Translations under genes and position numbers: made by a program | The notes under the pieces: generated by a model | What the model saw: the letters and a program-made list of their open reading frames with translations, nothing else | What the model was told of the DNA's origin: nothing | Databases searched by the model: none | Assembly: GCA_029941115.1 (NCBI GenBank) | Contig: JAPYRK010000002.1 | Coordinates: forward strand, 37,298 to 101,297 | Direction of reading: 5' to 3' | Source: Dehalococcoidia bacterium | Lineage (GTDB): Bacteria; Chloroflexota; Dehalococcoidia; UBA2979 | DNA length: 64,000 bases | Shown here: positions 49,961 to 58,583 of the stretch, in pieces | Layout of the letters: each line of letters begins with the position of its first letter | Position numbering within the stretch: the stretch's first letter is position 1

Positions 49961-50848
49961 ATGTCTGAAAAAATTATATCTACATCAACTGACGATAACA
50001 AAAGTACGGAAAATTCGTTATCGAGAGAAGCTGAAGCACAACTTGCCTCAACATTACAACAAAACATTCAAAGAAGACTCTCGCTTGACGTCTGGTCCCG
50101 CCCTACGAGCTCAATTTACAGGAGTGACCGTGATGACGCTCGTCATGGTATGGAAATGACAAATCTTGTACGACAAATTACCTCGCTACATGAGGCGATA
50201 TCCTTCACGCCCTATGATATTGACACTTTTGCCAAAAGAGCCGAACAGGATTTTGTTACTGTAGCGCCGACAATAGTTGCTCGATCAGCAGGACATTCAA
50301 TCCGACTCGTGGGTATTCCCGCTGGAACATTGTTTCCGGCATTCATCGATGTAATAGTTTCTCTCACCTATCTAAGCCTCCCCCTTGATGATGAGATTTA
50401 CCAGGTTATAGCGAAAATTGAGTCGGCCGTAAACAACGGATCACCGGTTGAGGTGGAATTGTTTGTGACACCCTATGACGACATATCCAGTCGACTTTAT
50501 GGAATTTTTGGTGTCGTGGCGGCAGCTACAAAATCAGTAAGGGTAACTATTACTGAAATTGCTGAGTTCCCAATACTGGCAAAAAATAGACTCATAGAGC
50601 AAGTTCCAGTAGTTACCCTCAACGGGCATCGATTTATTGGTGTTTGGGCGCTGCATGAAATACTTCACCAAATATTACACATAGCTAAATCTGAGGATGA
50701 AATCGTTGTCCGCGAAGAATCTTTTTCTGGGCCTTATGTTAGCGAGGATGATGCGTTGAAATTAGTTAGTGAACAATCACAAACTAACTCAAATATGACC
50801 AGTTCAGACTTAAAAGAAACAGATAGTGGTTTACTCATTCCCCGCTAA
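49961..50848 (+). CDS. hypothetical protein (cysteine-free)
   Basis: 295 aa ORF with no Cys residues; no motif recognised. Confidence 0.35.
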   Translation: MSEKIISTSTDDNKSTENSLSREAEAQLASTLQQNIQRRLSLDVWSRPTSSIYRSDRDDARHGMEMTNLVRQITSLHEAISFTPYDIDTFAKRAEQDFVTVAPTIVARSAGHSIRLVGIPAGTLFPAFIDVIVSLTYLSLPLDDEIYQVIAKIESAVNNGSPVEVELFVTPYDDISSRLYGIFGVVAAATKSVRVTITEIAEFPILAKNRLIEQVPVVTLNGHRFIGVWALHEILHQILHIAKSEDEIVVREESFSGPYVSEDDALKLVSEQSQTNSNMTSSDLKETDSGLLIPR

Positions 50849-51995
50849 TTGGGGCATCACCCTTCTCCAATAGTAAATTTTGATAATAATCCGTAATACG
50901 AGCCGAAATGCGAGACCAGTCAAATTCAGCCACACGCACTCTGCCATTTTCACCAAGACGGCTTCGGAGAATCGGACTATCAATTAGTCTAGTCATCGCA
51001 GCCGACAACTCTGTCACATCCTCGGCAGGGACTAAGATACCTTCTTTTTCATTGCGAACTACATACGAATAACCCACAATATTCGAGGCTATGACGGGTA
51101 GATGGGCAGACATAGCTTCCATCAAGACATAGCCCTGACTTTCATTGCCGGTAGCTGGTGAAACAAATAAATCAGCACTGCGATAATATCGAGGTAGCTG
51201 CTCATTAGTAGGATTCGTGACCCAAACGATATCTTCACCCAACCCACTACTAATGATGTTTTTTTTGTATTTTCTCTGCCTTTCAGAATCAGGGCCTACC
51301 ACAATTAAACGGGCAGATGGGCGTATACGATTTACAATGCTGAACGCGTCAAGCAGAACCCCAAGACCCTTACGCTTCTCCGCACGCCCCACATAGAGAA
51401 TATTAACTCGATCATCACCCCTTAAAGAATCTATTGGAGAAAGATCGGGATCATCCCACGTGTCAATATCAATGCCATTCGGAATTATTTCATAGGAATC
51501 AGGAAAATATCTGGAAACATAATCTTTCGCGGAAGACGATACCGCTATCTTCCCGTCTAGTCTTTCCATATATTTTTTAAGAAGCCTATTACCTAGGAAA
51601 TACATCAGATTTCCCTTCTCTCGAGTTGCATGAAACGTGCCGACATTAACAACGTCAGGGATAAATTTCTTGGAATAATGCAACGCCATTAACGATAACA
51701 AAGGCATAAATGGCTCATGGTAATGTATTAAGTCAAACTGGCTTGAAGAAAGAATATCTTTAATAGAAGTGATCTGTTTTGGATTAATCACAATTCTAGC
51801 CTGAGAACCGGAAGCCGGAAGTGAAACGGGCTTGCCCAAAATGTTAACAGTCTTGCCTGCGCTTTCGTGACTCGCGGGAGCAATTATGTCTACTTGATGA
51901 CCCAGATCACGCATGATATTTGCAAGCTTAAAAATATGATTGTTTACACCACTTGGAACGGACCAATCATAAGGTGAAACATAGGCAATTTTCAA
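50835..51995 (-). CDS. GT4 family glycosyltransferase (PimA-like mannosyltransferase)
   Basis: GT-B fold; N-terminus MKIAYVSPYDWSVPSGVNNH is typical of PimA/GT4; C-terminal E..G motif. Confidence 0.75.
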   Translation of the reverse strand: MKIAYVSPYDWSVPSGVNNHIFKLANIMRDLGHQVDIIAPASHESAGKTVNILGKPVSLPASGSQARIVINPKQITSIKDILSSSQFDLIHYHEPFMPLLSLMALHYSKKFIPDVVNVGTFHATREKGNLMYFLGNRLLKKYMERLDGKIAVSSSAKDYVSRYFPDSYEIIPNGIDIDTWDDPDLSPIDSLRGDDRVNILYVGRAEKRKGLGVLLDAFSIVNRIRPSARLIVVGPDSERQRKYKKNIISSGLGEDIVWVTNPTNEQLPRYYRSADLFVSPATGNESQGYVLMEAMSAHLPVIASNIVGYSYVVRNEKEGILVPAEDVTELSAAMTRLIDSPILRSRLGENGRVRVAEFDWSRISARITDYYQNLLLEKGDAPISGE

Positions 51996-52014
51996 AAACC
52001 ATACTCCTTAAATT

Positions 52015-52791
52015 CTAAAATTCGCTGCCACGAAATCGTCTAATCATCTTTGCGGCAATCTTTTTTGGTGTGACAGCTAAACCCCTAGCTTGCTGTGCAA
52101 CTAGACGTCCCAACCCAATCTCTAAAAATGAAAATTCAGTGTCAATCAATCCGATCGTCGTATGACTACTTATTGCTCGTCGTAAAGAGTTATCGGTCTG
52201 ACCACAAAACAATGTGTATCCGCTCCCAATAGCCTCTTTGAAATGTGCGTCCGAACCACCAGTCTCAGCAAGATTCCATCTTTCACGATTAAGTCTTGTT
52301 ACTCTCTGCCCAGAATGAAAACCAGAAAACCTATGAGTTGATGTCGGATTTCCAACCTCGATCGCATCTGGTCGGTAAATCTCGTCTGCTCGCTGCATCA
52401 ACTTATCAAGAGATCGATAACCCACCGATCGAGTTAAATGTGAAAATGGATGCGGAATAATCACAATTCCACCTAACTGATGCACAAGTTCGATAGTTCT
52501 ATGTAAGGGTTTAAAAGAAGGCACTGGCTTATCAATCCAAAGAGCTAATATATGACCCGACAATGTGGTTATCTCTGTTCCCGTCACAAAATCGAACGAG
52601 TAATTACCCTTCGCATGTACCTCGCGGGCCTCAACTGCTCCACGGATATCGTCATGATCTGTAATAGCTATGACATTAAGAAAGCCTGATCGTTCGGTGG
52701 AGTCAAAAATGGTTTTCGCACTATCCATACCATCTCCAAATGAGCTATGCACTTGTAAATCTGCTCGCCCATATAACGGAAAATTAACCAT
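52015..52791 (-). CDS. PHP-domain metal-dependent phosphoesterase
   Basis: DLQVHSSFGDG N-terminal His/Asp motif, ITDHDD, and later His residues of the PHP fold. Confidence 0.7.
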   Translation of the reverse strand: MVNFPLYGRADLQVHSSFGDGMDSAKTIFDSTERSGFLNVIAITDHDDIRGAVEAREVHAKGNYSFDFVTGTEITTLSGHILALWIDKPVPSFKPLHRTIELVHQLGGIVIIPHPFSHLTRSVGYRSLDKLMQRADEIYRPDAIEVGNPTSTHRFSGFHSGQRVTRLNRERWNLAETGGSDAHFKEAIGSGYTLFCGQTDNSLRRAISSHTTIGLIDTEFSFLEIGLGRLVAQQARGLAVTPKKIAAKMIRRFRGSEF

Positions 52792-52858
52792 ATATAAATT
52801 ATAAAGGTCGCATTGAATACAATTATTTTAAGAATCTAGCGAACTATTTAGAACATAT

Positions 52859-53743
52859 TCATTCAGTCGGCTCAACCCATATTGGATTAAGGGGAAACCA
52901 TTGATCTGGCCAGCGTCGAATACCAGCTTCAAGTTCAGATATCAAAGACTGCATATTCTCCAGTCGTTCTAGCACCGGATCGTCACCATGAAAATTAAAA
53001 CAAATCTTTGTAAAATGTAGCCCATAATGTCCGGGTCGTGTCCTCGGTGCCCAAAAAATAAGCACCTCAGCATCTGTAGATTCAGCCAAGTTTAGGGCCC
53101 CCTCCGGAATTGGTGCCTTTGCCCCGAAAAAATCAAACAGTCTTGCCCTACCAACTACGTCACGATCTGTTAACAAAGCAAGTAGTCCACCAGAATTAAG
53201 ATGTCTGTGAGCCCGCCTCAGTCCAAGAAAGTTAGCAGGGAAGAAGCATACGCCGGTCTGTCGACGAATCCCATACATAAACTTATTAACCAGTTCTGAC
53301 CTTAGTGCCTCAGAAATCACTCCAGTATTCAATCCAAACTTACCTATTGCCTGCCCAATAATTTCTGGATTACCAACATGAGCCGAAATGACAATTACGC
53401 CCTTTCCTCTGTCCATCGCTTCGAACAATAAGTCGAGACCAACAAATTCGTCTATGTATTGAGCAAAGTTATCACCGGCTAAACGGGAATATCTCGGTAA
53501 ATCTGTGTAATAGCGCACCGCAGTAAGTAAAAATCCGCGAGCTGTTCTCTCAATCAGGCTTTCAGATGTGCCTTCACCGAATACCCGCTCCGCACGCTTG
53601 AGAAGAGTGCGCCGCAATTGAGTATTGGTCAGCCATACTACTGAAGCTACTGCGTGTGCAATGTGGTCAAGTATCCCGTCAGGCAGCAATCGCCCAAAAC
53701 TGACCATTAACTGCAATCCTAAATATTTAATCAATCCTGACAC
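52859..53743 (-). CDS. lysophospholipid/lipid A-type acyltransferase (HtrB/PatA family), copy B
   Basis: PF03279-like architecture with HVGNPE (HX4D/E) motif; 13-nt overlap with the upstream paralog. Confidence 0.65.
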   Translation of the reverse strand: MSGLIKYLGLQLMVSFGRLLPDGILDHIAHAVASVVWLTNTQLRRTLLKRAERVFGEGTSESLIERTARGFLLTAVRYYTDLPRYSRLAGDNFAQYIDEFVGLDLLFEAMDRGKGVIVISAHVGNPEIIGQAIGKFGLNTGVISEALRSELVNKFMYGIRRQTGVCFFPANFLGLRRAHRHLNSGGLLALLTDRDVVGRARLFDFFGAKAPIPEGALNLAESTDAEVLIFWAPRTRPGHYGLHFTKICFNFHGDDPVLERLENMQSLISELEAGIRRWPDQWFPLNPIWVEPTE

Positions 53744-54654
53744 AAATTCGTATGGCCTCCTCTATCAAATCTATCCTCGGTCCAAAAATATCGGTACATA
53801 TGCCATTGGCTCGGATTATTTCGAATTAATTTTTCGATTGCATTCATCATGCTTTGAGTTAAAGAAACAACATCATTATGCATGCTAGATGTAGATTCAA
53901 AAGAAACGGGTTCAATCAATAACAGAGCCTTATCAGAATATCTACCCGCCCTCAGTGGAAGGCCCGCAATAATCGGAGCTCCCGATAATATTGAGAGTCT
54001 TGCTGGGCCATCGTGAATTAAGACATCCTCGCCGAAAAACTGAACCTCAACACCCTCTTCAATTACAGGTGGCACATCAACCAAAATACTTACTAAATTA
54101 TTTTGCTTGAGTCGCCTATAAATGCGTAAGGCTTGACCTTTCGATGCAATGAGGTCGAATCCTAAACTATGCCTAATCTTTTGGAGTAGGAAATTCAATC
54201 TTTGATTTTCAAACTCGTCTACTACGACTGAAGTTGGTATGTTTAGCAGCTGACTGGCGGCTGCCGGACCAAAGTCCCACATGCCAGCATGAAGACCTAC
54301 GGCAATCACGCCTTTTCCTCGTCTCAGATCGTGAACAACGCTCGCTTGGGGGATCTCAACTCGGCTCCTAACATCCCGAACTCCGGTCTCACGAGATTGA
54401 TGTAATAACCGAATTAAGTCGACCACGTACACTCCATAGGACTGAAATGATTTTCGAGCCAGCTCGTGTGCTAGCTCGATATTGCCCTCCGTCAGTCGTG
54501 CCATATTAGTGATCGTAATCCGTCTTCTTGTAGACATGAAACGAAAGACCACTCCACCCATAAATGAAGCGACTCTGTAGCTAACTTGAACGGGAATCAA
54601 ATTAATAGACAGCAGAAAAAAATCAACTATTAACGAAATAACTGTTTTACTCAT
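53731..54654 (-). CDS. lysophospholipid/lipid A-type acyltransferase (HtrB/PatA family), copy A
   Basis: PF03279-like architecture with HAGMWD (HX4D) motif. Confidence 0.65.
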   Translation of the reverse strand: MSKTVISLIVDFFLLSINLIPVQVSYRVASFMGGVVFRFMSTRRRITITNMARLTEGNIELAHELARKSFQSYGVYVVDLIRLLHQSRETGVRDVRSRVEIPQASVVHDLRRGKGVIAVGLHAGMWDFGPAAASQLLNIPTSVVVDEFENQRLNFLLQKIRHSLGFDLIASKGQALRIYRRLKQNNLVSILVDVPPVIEEGVEVQFFGEDVLIHDGPARLSILSGAPIIAGLPLRAGRYSDKALLLIEPVSFESTSSMHNDVVSLTQSMMNAIEKLIRNNPSQWHMYRYFWTEDRFDRGGHTNLCQD

Positions 54655-54735
54655 GCAGCTACAAGATAGCTTAAACGCGGCAGAATTTCAGTCTCTCCCA
54701 CGGTCCTTGCTATAAAAATAAACTGAGTGAATTGA

Positions 54736-55836
54736 CTATTTAGCTTCTATAAAATCCTCGAGTGCCAATCGCGCTACCTCGTCTCGCATTTGTCGCGGTG
54801 GCGACTTCATAAAATATGCTGAGGCTTCAAATACAGGTCCACCTACGCCTCGGTCCAACGCTAATTTTGCGCACCGAACAGCATCAATAACAACGCCAGC
54901 CGAGTTTGGTGAATCCCACACTTCTAACTTAGTCTCAAGATTCAAGGGAACGTTTCCAAAGGTTGTTCCCTCAACTCTAATATGACACCACTTTCTATCT
55001 AAAAGCCAGGGTACATAATCAGACGGGCCGACATGAACATCTGCATCTGGTAAGTCGTACTCAATTTGACTCGTTACAGCCGATGTTTTAGAAATTTTCT
55101 TGGACAGAAGGCGTTCCCTCTCAAGCATATTCATAAAGTCCGTATTTCCACCGAAATTCAGTTGGTACGTTCTATCAATTTGTACGCCTCTATCTTGAAA
55201 CAAGCGGACTAAAAGTCGATGTAATATCGTGGCCCCGACTTGACTCTTAATATCATCGCCAATAATCGGTAAATTAGCCTTTTCAAATCGATCAGCCCAA
55301 TAGTTGTCTTTGGCTATAAACACAGGAATGCAATTGATGAATGCACAACCCGCCGCTATTATTTGCTCAACATACCATTTTGTAGCATTTTCACTACCAA
55401 CAGGAAGATAAGAAATTACAACGTCCGTCTTAGTGTCCTTAAGTATCTGAGCGATATCAGCGGTTTGCCCTGGCGCTTTTTCAATCACTTCAGATAAATA
55501 TTTTCCAATACCATCGTGGGTCATTCCTCTTTCGACGGTTATTCCTGTTTTTGGAACTTCGGAAAACTTCACCGTATTATTCTGTCCACTAAATACAGCT
55601 TCAGAAAGATCCTTCCCTACTTTATCGGCATCAACATCAAACGCAGCTGTGAACTCGATATCCTTAATGTGATAGCCTCCAAGAACCGGATGCATTAATC
55701 CCGGAATTTCGTCACTTGCCTCTGCTGACTTATAAAATTCGACGCCTTGCACCAAGGACGAGGCACAGTTTCCAACGCCGATAATAGCCACACGAACCTT
55801 GGCATTCTCGGAATTTGTATTCTTTTTCTTTGCCAT
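54736..55836 (-). CDS. ino1: inositol-3-phosphate synthase (myo-inositol-1-phosphate synthase)
   Basis: [23 protein letters not shown] is near-identical to the N-terminal NAD-binding motif of actinobacterial/archaeal MIPS; 366 aa. Confidence 0.85.
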   Translation of the reverse strand: MAKKKNTNSENAKVRVAIIGVGNCASSLVQGVEFYKSAEASDEIPGLMHPVLGGYHIKDIEFTAAFDVDADKVGKDLSEAVFSGQNNTVKFSEVPKTGITVERGMTHDGIGKYLSEVIEKAPGQTADIAQILKDTKTDVVISYLPVGSENATKWYVEQIIAAGCAFINCIPVFIAKDNYWADRFEKANLPIIGDDIKSQVGATILHRLLVRLFQDRGVQIDRTYQLNFGGNTDFMNMLERERLLSKKISKTSAVTSQIEYDLPDADVHVGPSDYVPWLLDRKWCHIRVEGTTFGNVPLNLETKLEVWDSPNSAGVVIDAVRCAKLALDRGVGGPVFEASAYFMKSPPRQMRDEVARLALEDFIEAK

Positions 55837-55912
55837 TTATTAACCTAACCTCTCGGAACTAATTTAAAACAATACTCCGCTATTACTATCAATAAGTCAA
55901 ATTAATCTTTAT

Positions 55913-55923
55913 TATGTAACATA
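55913..55923. promoter_or_regulatory. palindrome TATGT-A-ACATA within a T-N11-A LysR-type box in the divergent ino1/lysR promoter region
   Basis: Seen directly, 30 bp upstream of the LysR gene start. Confidence 0.3.
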
Positions 55924-55952
55924 TAAGGTTTACTTATATTATCGGAGTCCAT

Positions 55953-56813
55953 ATGGAATTCTCATCGAAGCAACTTTTATACCTGAGCACAATAGATAAA
56001 AAGAATACTTTGGCTGCCGCAGCGGATGAATTGCAAATAACGCAACCGGCCTTATCGTTTGCAATCATTGAGCTAGAACGCAAACTAGGTGTGCAACTGT
56101 TCGAAAAAAAAGGGCGAAGAAAAATACTTACCCCGTCCGGCCAACTCGTTACCAAATTTGCAAACGAAACACTGTACAGGGCAGGCGAATTATCTGAGCT
56201 TCTCTCAATAGATAACCAGGGCAACGAAGGTTCACTGCGTGTAGGCATGATCGATGCTGCATCCCTCTATCTTTTACCAACTGCCATCAAAGCTTTCAAA
56301 ACCGAAACACCAAATATCAAGTTGTACATCACAGTCAACGATTCAGATACTTTGACTGAACAGTTACAGAACTTTGAAATAGACATTGCTTTTGTAGTCT
56401 CAAAAGATGAAAATAATTTAGATAATTCCAAACTAGTCTCTACTCTCATCCTAGAAGAATCTCTCGTGCTCTGTAATCCAATCTTAAATGGCAAACATCC
56501 AATGACAGAATGGGCACTTTATCCCGAGAAATCTAGGACTAGGGCACTGATAGATGAAGGAATTCAAGCGCTTGGACTTGAACCAAATACGATAATTCAA
56601 TCTTCAAATCCGCAGATTCTCCGACAGCTTGTCCTACTTGGATTGGCCACAAGCATACTGCCAGAGCAGGTGGCTAAAGAAAATAACAATATTTACGTAG
56701 GAAAGGAGATTGCACGACGCAGGATTACTGCACTGCGCCGAGCTAATTCTCCATTTGACCCAAAGGCCTCAAGCCTAATCGCTCTTGCTCTCCAGGTTTA
56801 CAACAACGTCTAA
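55953..56813 (+). CDS. LysR family transcriptional regulator
   Basis: N-terminal HTH (LAAAADELQITQPALSFAIIELERKLGVQLFEK) and C-terminal substrate-binding domain. Confidence 0.8.
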   Translation: MEFSSKQLLYLSTIDKKNTLAAAADELQITQPALSFAIIELERKLGVQLFEKKGRRKILTPSGQLVTKFANETLYRAGELSELLSIDNQGNEGSLRVGMIDAASLYLLPTAIKAFKTETPNIKLYITVNDSDTLTEQLQNFEIDIAFVVSKDENNLDNSKLVSTLILEESLVLCNPILNGKHPMTEWALYPEKSRTRALIDEGIQALGLEPNTIIQSSNPQILRQLVLLGLATSILPEQVAKENNNIYVGKEIARRRITALRRANSPFDPKASSLIALALQVYNNV

Positions 56814-56815
56814 AT

Positions 56816-57085
56816 TTAGACCATTGCCTTGAGTTTTGCACCAGCCTTGACTTTCACAGCTGCTCGAGCAGGAACGTTGACTGTTTCACCAGTCTGTGGA
56901 TTCCTTGCCGTTCGAGCACTACGTTGTACTTTCTCAAAAGAAATCCACCCCGTAAGAGTGGCCTTATCTCCTCGCTTGACGGCTTCCCCAATACTTTCAA
57001 GAAGTCCATTTACCGCTGCTTCAACTGTCGAAGCCGGCAAATTTGCCCTCTTGGCCGCGTCGCTAATTAAATCACCTTTATTCAT
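56816..57085 (-). CDS. hup: DNA-binding protein HU
   Basis: 89 aa; signature FEKVQRSARTARNPQTGE...VPA and the arm region. Confidence 0.85.
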   Translation of the reverse strand: MNKGDLISDAAKRANLPASTVEAAVNGLLESIGEAVKRGDKATLTGWISFEKVQRSARTARNPQTGETVNVPARAAVKVKAGAKLKAMV

Positions 57086-57191
57086 TTAACACTCCTAATC
57101 TGTTCACATGCTTAAGCGTTATAACAGTTGTAAGGCCTGAATAGCGCCATGTCTACCCCCTACCACATTAAATCTCTTATCAGATAAAGAA

Positions 57192-58160
57192 CTAGAGACC
57201 TAAATATTTATAGGATTTCCACAGGCCAACGCCCAAGTCCCTCTCTAAAATCGCCACTAATTCTCCGCTTGGGCCATATGCCCGTATCAGATCTGCATCG
57301 AAGTCAGTTGATAAATATCTTCGATAGGGAGACAAAATAATGGGCTGACCATATCCTAGGTCGCGTGTTTCGGAGTTACGTAGTATCGCAGCGGGCCAAG
57401 ATTCAAGAATTTTATCGATGGGCAATATTAATTTCTTCAGCGAATTTTCTTCGCCATAGAGGCTAACCTCATCGAGCTTCACCGCTTCATTTATAACAAA
57501 ATCACCCACCTGCGTACGGCGTAAATCCGCGAGATGCGCTCCGCATCCAAGGAATTCGCCCAAATCATGCACCAGTGATCGAACGTAGAAACCTCGACCA
57601 CATTCAATTTCTATTTGTACTTGAGGCAGCTCACTATTTTTTCTCTTAACATCACTCGTCTTCCATCTGTAAATTAAAACTCGACGGGGATCAAAATCAA
57701 TATTCTTGTTTTTTCTCGCTAACTTATAAGCTGCTATCCCCTCTCTCTTTAGTGCGCTAAAAATGGGTGGCTTCTGCATTATTGGAGTTTCTGACTCACC
57801 GATATCGACTGACTCGATTCTCTGAGACATAATTAATCGATCCAATCCCTCAGATACTAAAGGCTCGTCAATCTTGCTGATTTGATTAGGCTCTGCACGG
57901 AAAGTGATATTTCCCTCCGAGTCATACGAATCCGTCGATAGACCAAAAGTCACAGTCGCCAAATACACTTTACGCATCCGCAGAAATTCATCAGAAAACC
58001 TCGTCGCACTGCCTATCACGATAGGAAGGATTCCAGTGGCGCTGGGATCAAGGGTTCCGCCATGACCAACCTTATAAGGCCCCACAATTTTCTTCACTCG
58101 CCGGACAGCTTCAGCCGATGAAATTCCTTTTGGCTTATCTAAATTTAAAAATCCATGCAT
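57192..58160 (-). CDS. truB: tRNA pseudouridine(55) synthase with PUA domain
   Basis: GFLNLDKPKGISS...GHGGTLDP catalytic Asp motif. Confidence 0.85.
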   Translation of the reverse strand: MHGFLNLDKPKGISSAEAVRRVKKIVGPYKVGHGGTLDPSATGILPIVIGSATRFSDEFLRMRKVYLATVTFGLSTDSYDSEGNITFRAEPNQISKIDEPLVSEGLDRLIMSQRIESVDIGESETPIMQKPPIFSALKREGIAAYKLARKNKNIDFDPRRVLIYRWKTSDVKRKNSELPQVQIEIECGRGFYVRSLVHDLGEFLGCGAHLADLRRTQVGDFVINEAVKLDEVSLYGEENSLKKLILPIDKILESWPAAILRNSETRDLGYGQPIILSPYRRYLSTDFDADLIRAYGPSGELVAILERDLGVGLWKSYKYLGL

Positions 58161-58244
58161 TGTTAAAACACTATATAACTCTAAAATCTATTTTTATTAT
58201 TATTTTAAGCAGAGCGAGAATCTGCATTAACTGTTATCGCGAAG

Positions 58245-58583
58245 CTAAAGATTTCTTAGTAATTTACCTATTTTGTCGGCCTCATCAAAAGACTCATCTG
58301 CAACAAATTCCAGCCTCGGGATCCTACGTAATCGTAGCTCATTTCCCAACTCTCTCCTGAGAAATCCGGATGCTCTCTGCAAACCCTCCATAACGAGTGA
58401 AAATGTTTCTTCATCCCCTTGAACGGTGATAAATACTTTTGCCGAGGCCAAATCACTTGAAACATCAACACCTGTGATTGTATATATTGCATCACGCACA
58501 CGAGGATCTTTAATTCGCCTCGGTGCGATCTCAGCTAACGTGCGCTGAATAGTATCTTGAACACTCTCAATTCTTCGAGTCAG
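58245..58583 (-). CDS. rbfA: ribosome-binding factor A (start codon uncertain)
   Basis: The ORF from GTG at 58499 gives the KH-like core. Homology to the RbfA N-terminus (RRIESVQDTIQRTLAEIAPRRIKDPRV) continues in-frame upstream to 58583, with no ATG/GTG/TTG there. Confidence 0.7.
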   Translation of the reverse strand: MTRRIESVQDTIQRTLAEIAPRRIKDPRVRDAIYTITGVDVSSDLASAKVFITVQGDEETFSLVMEGLQRASGFLRRELGNELRLRRIPRLEFVADESFDEADKIGKLLRNL

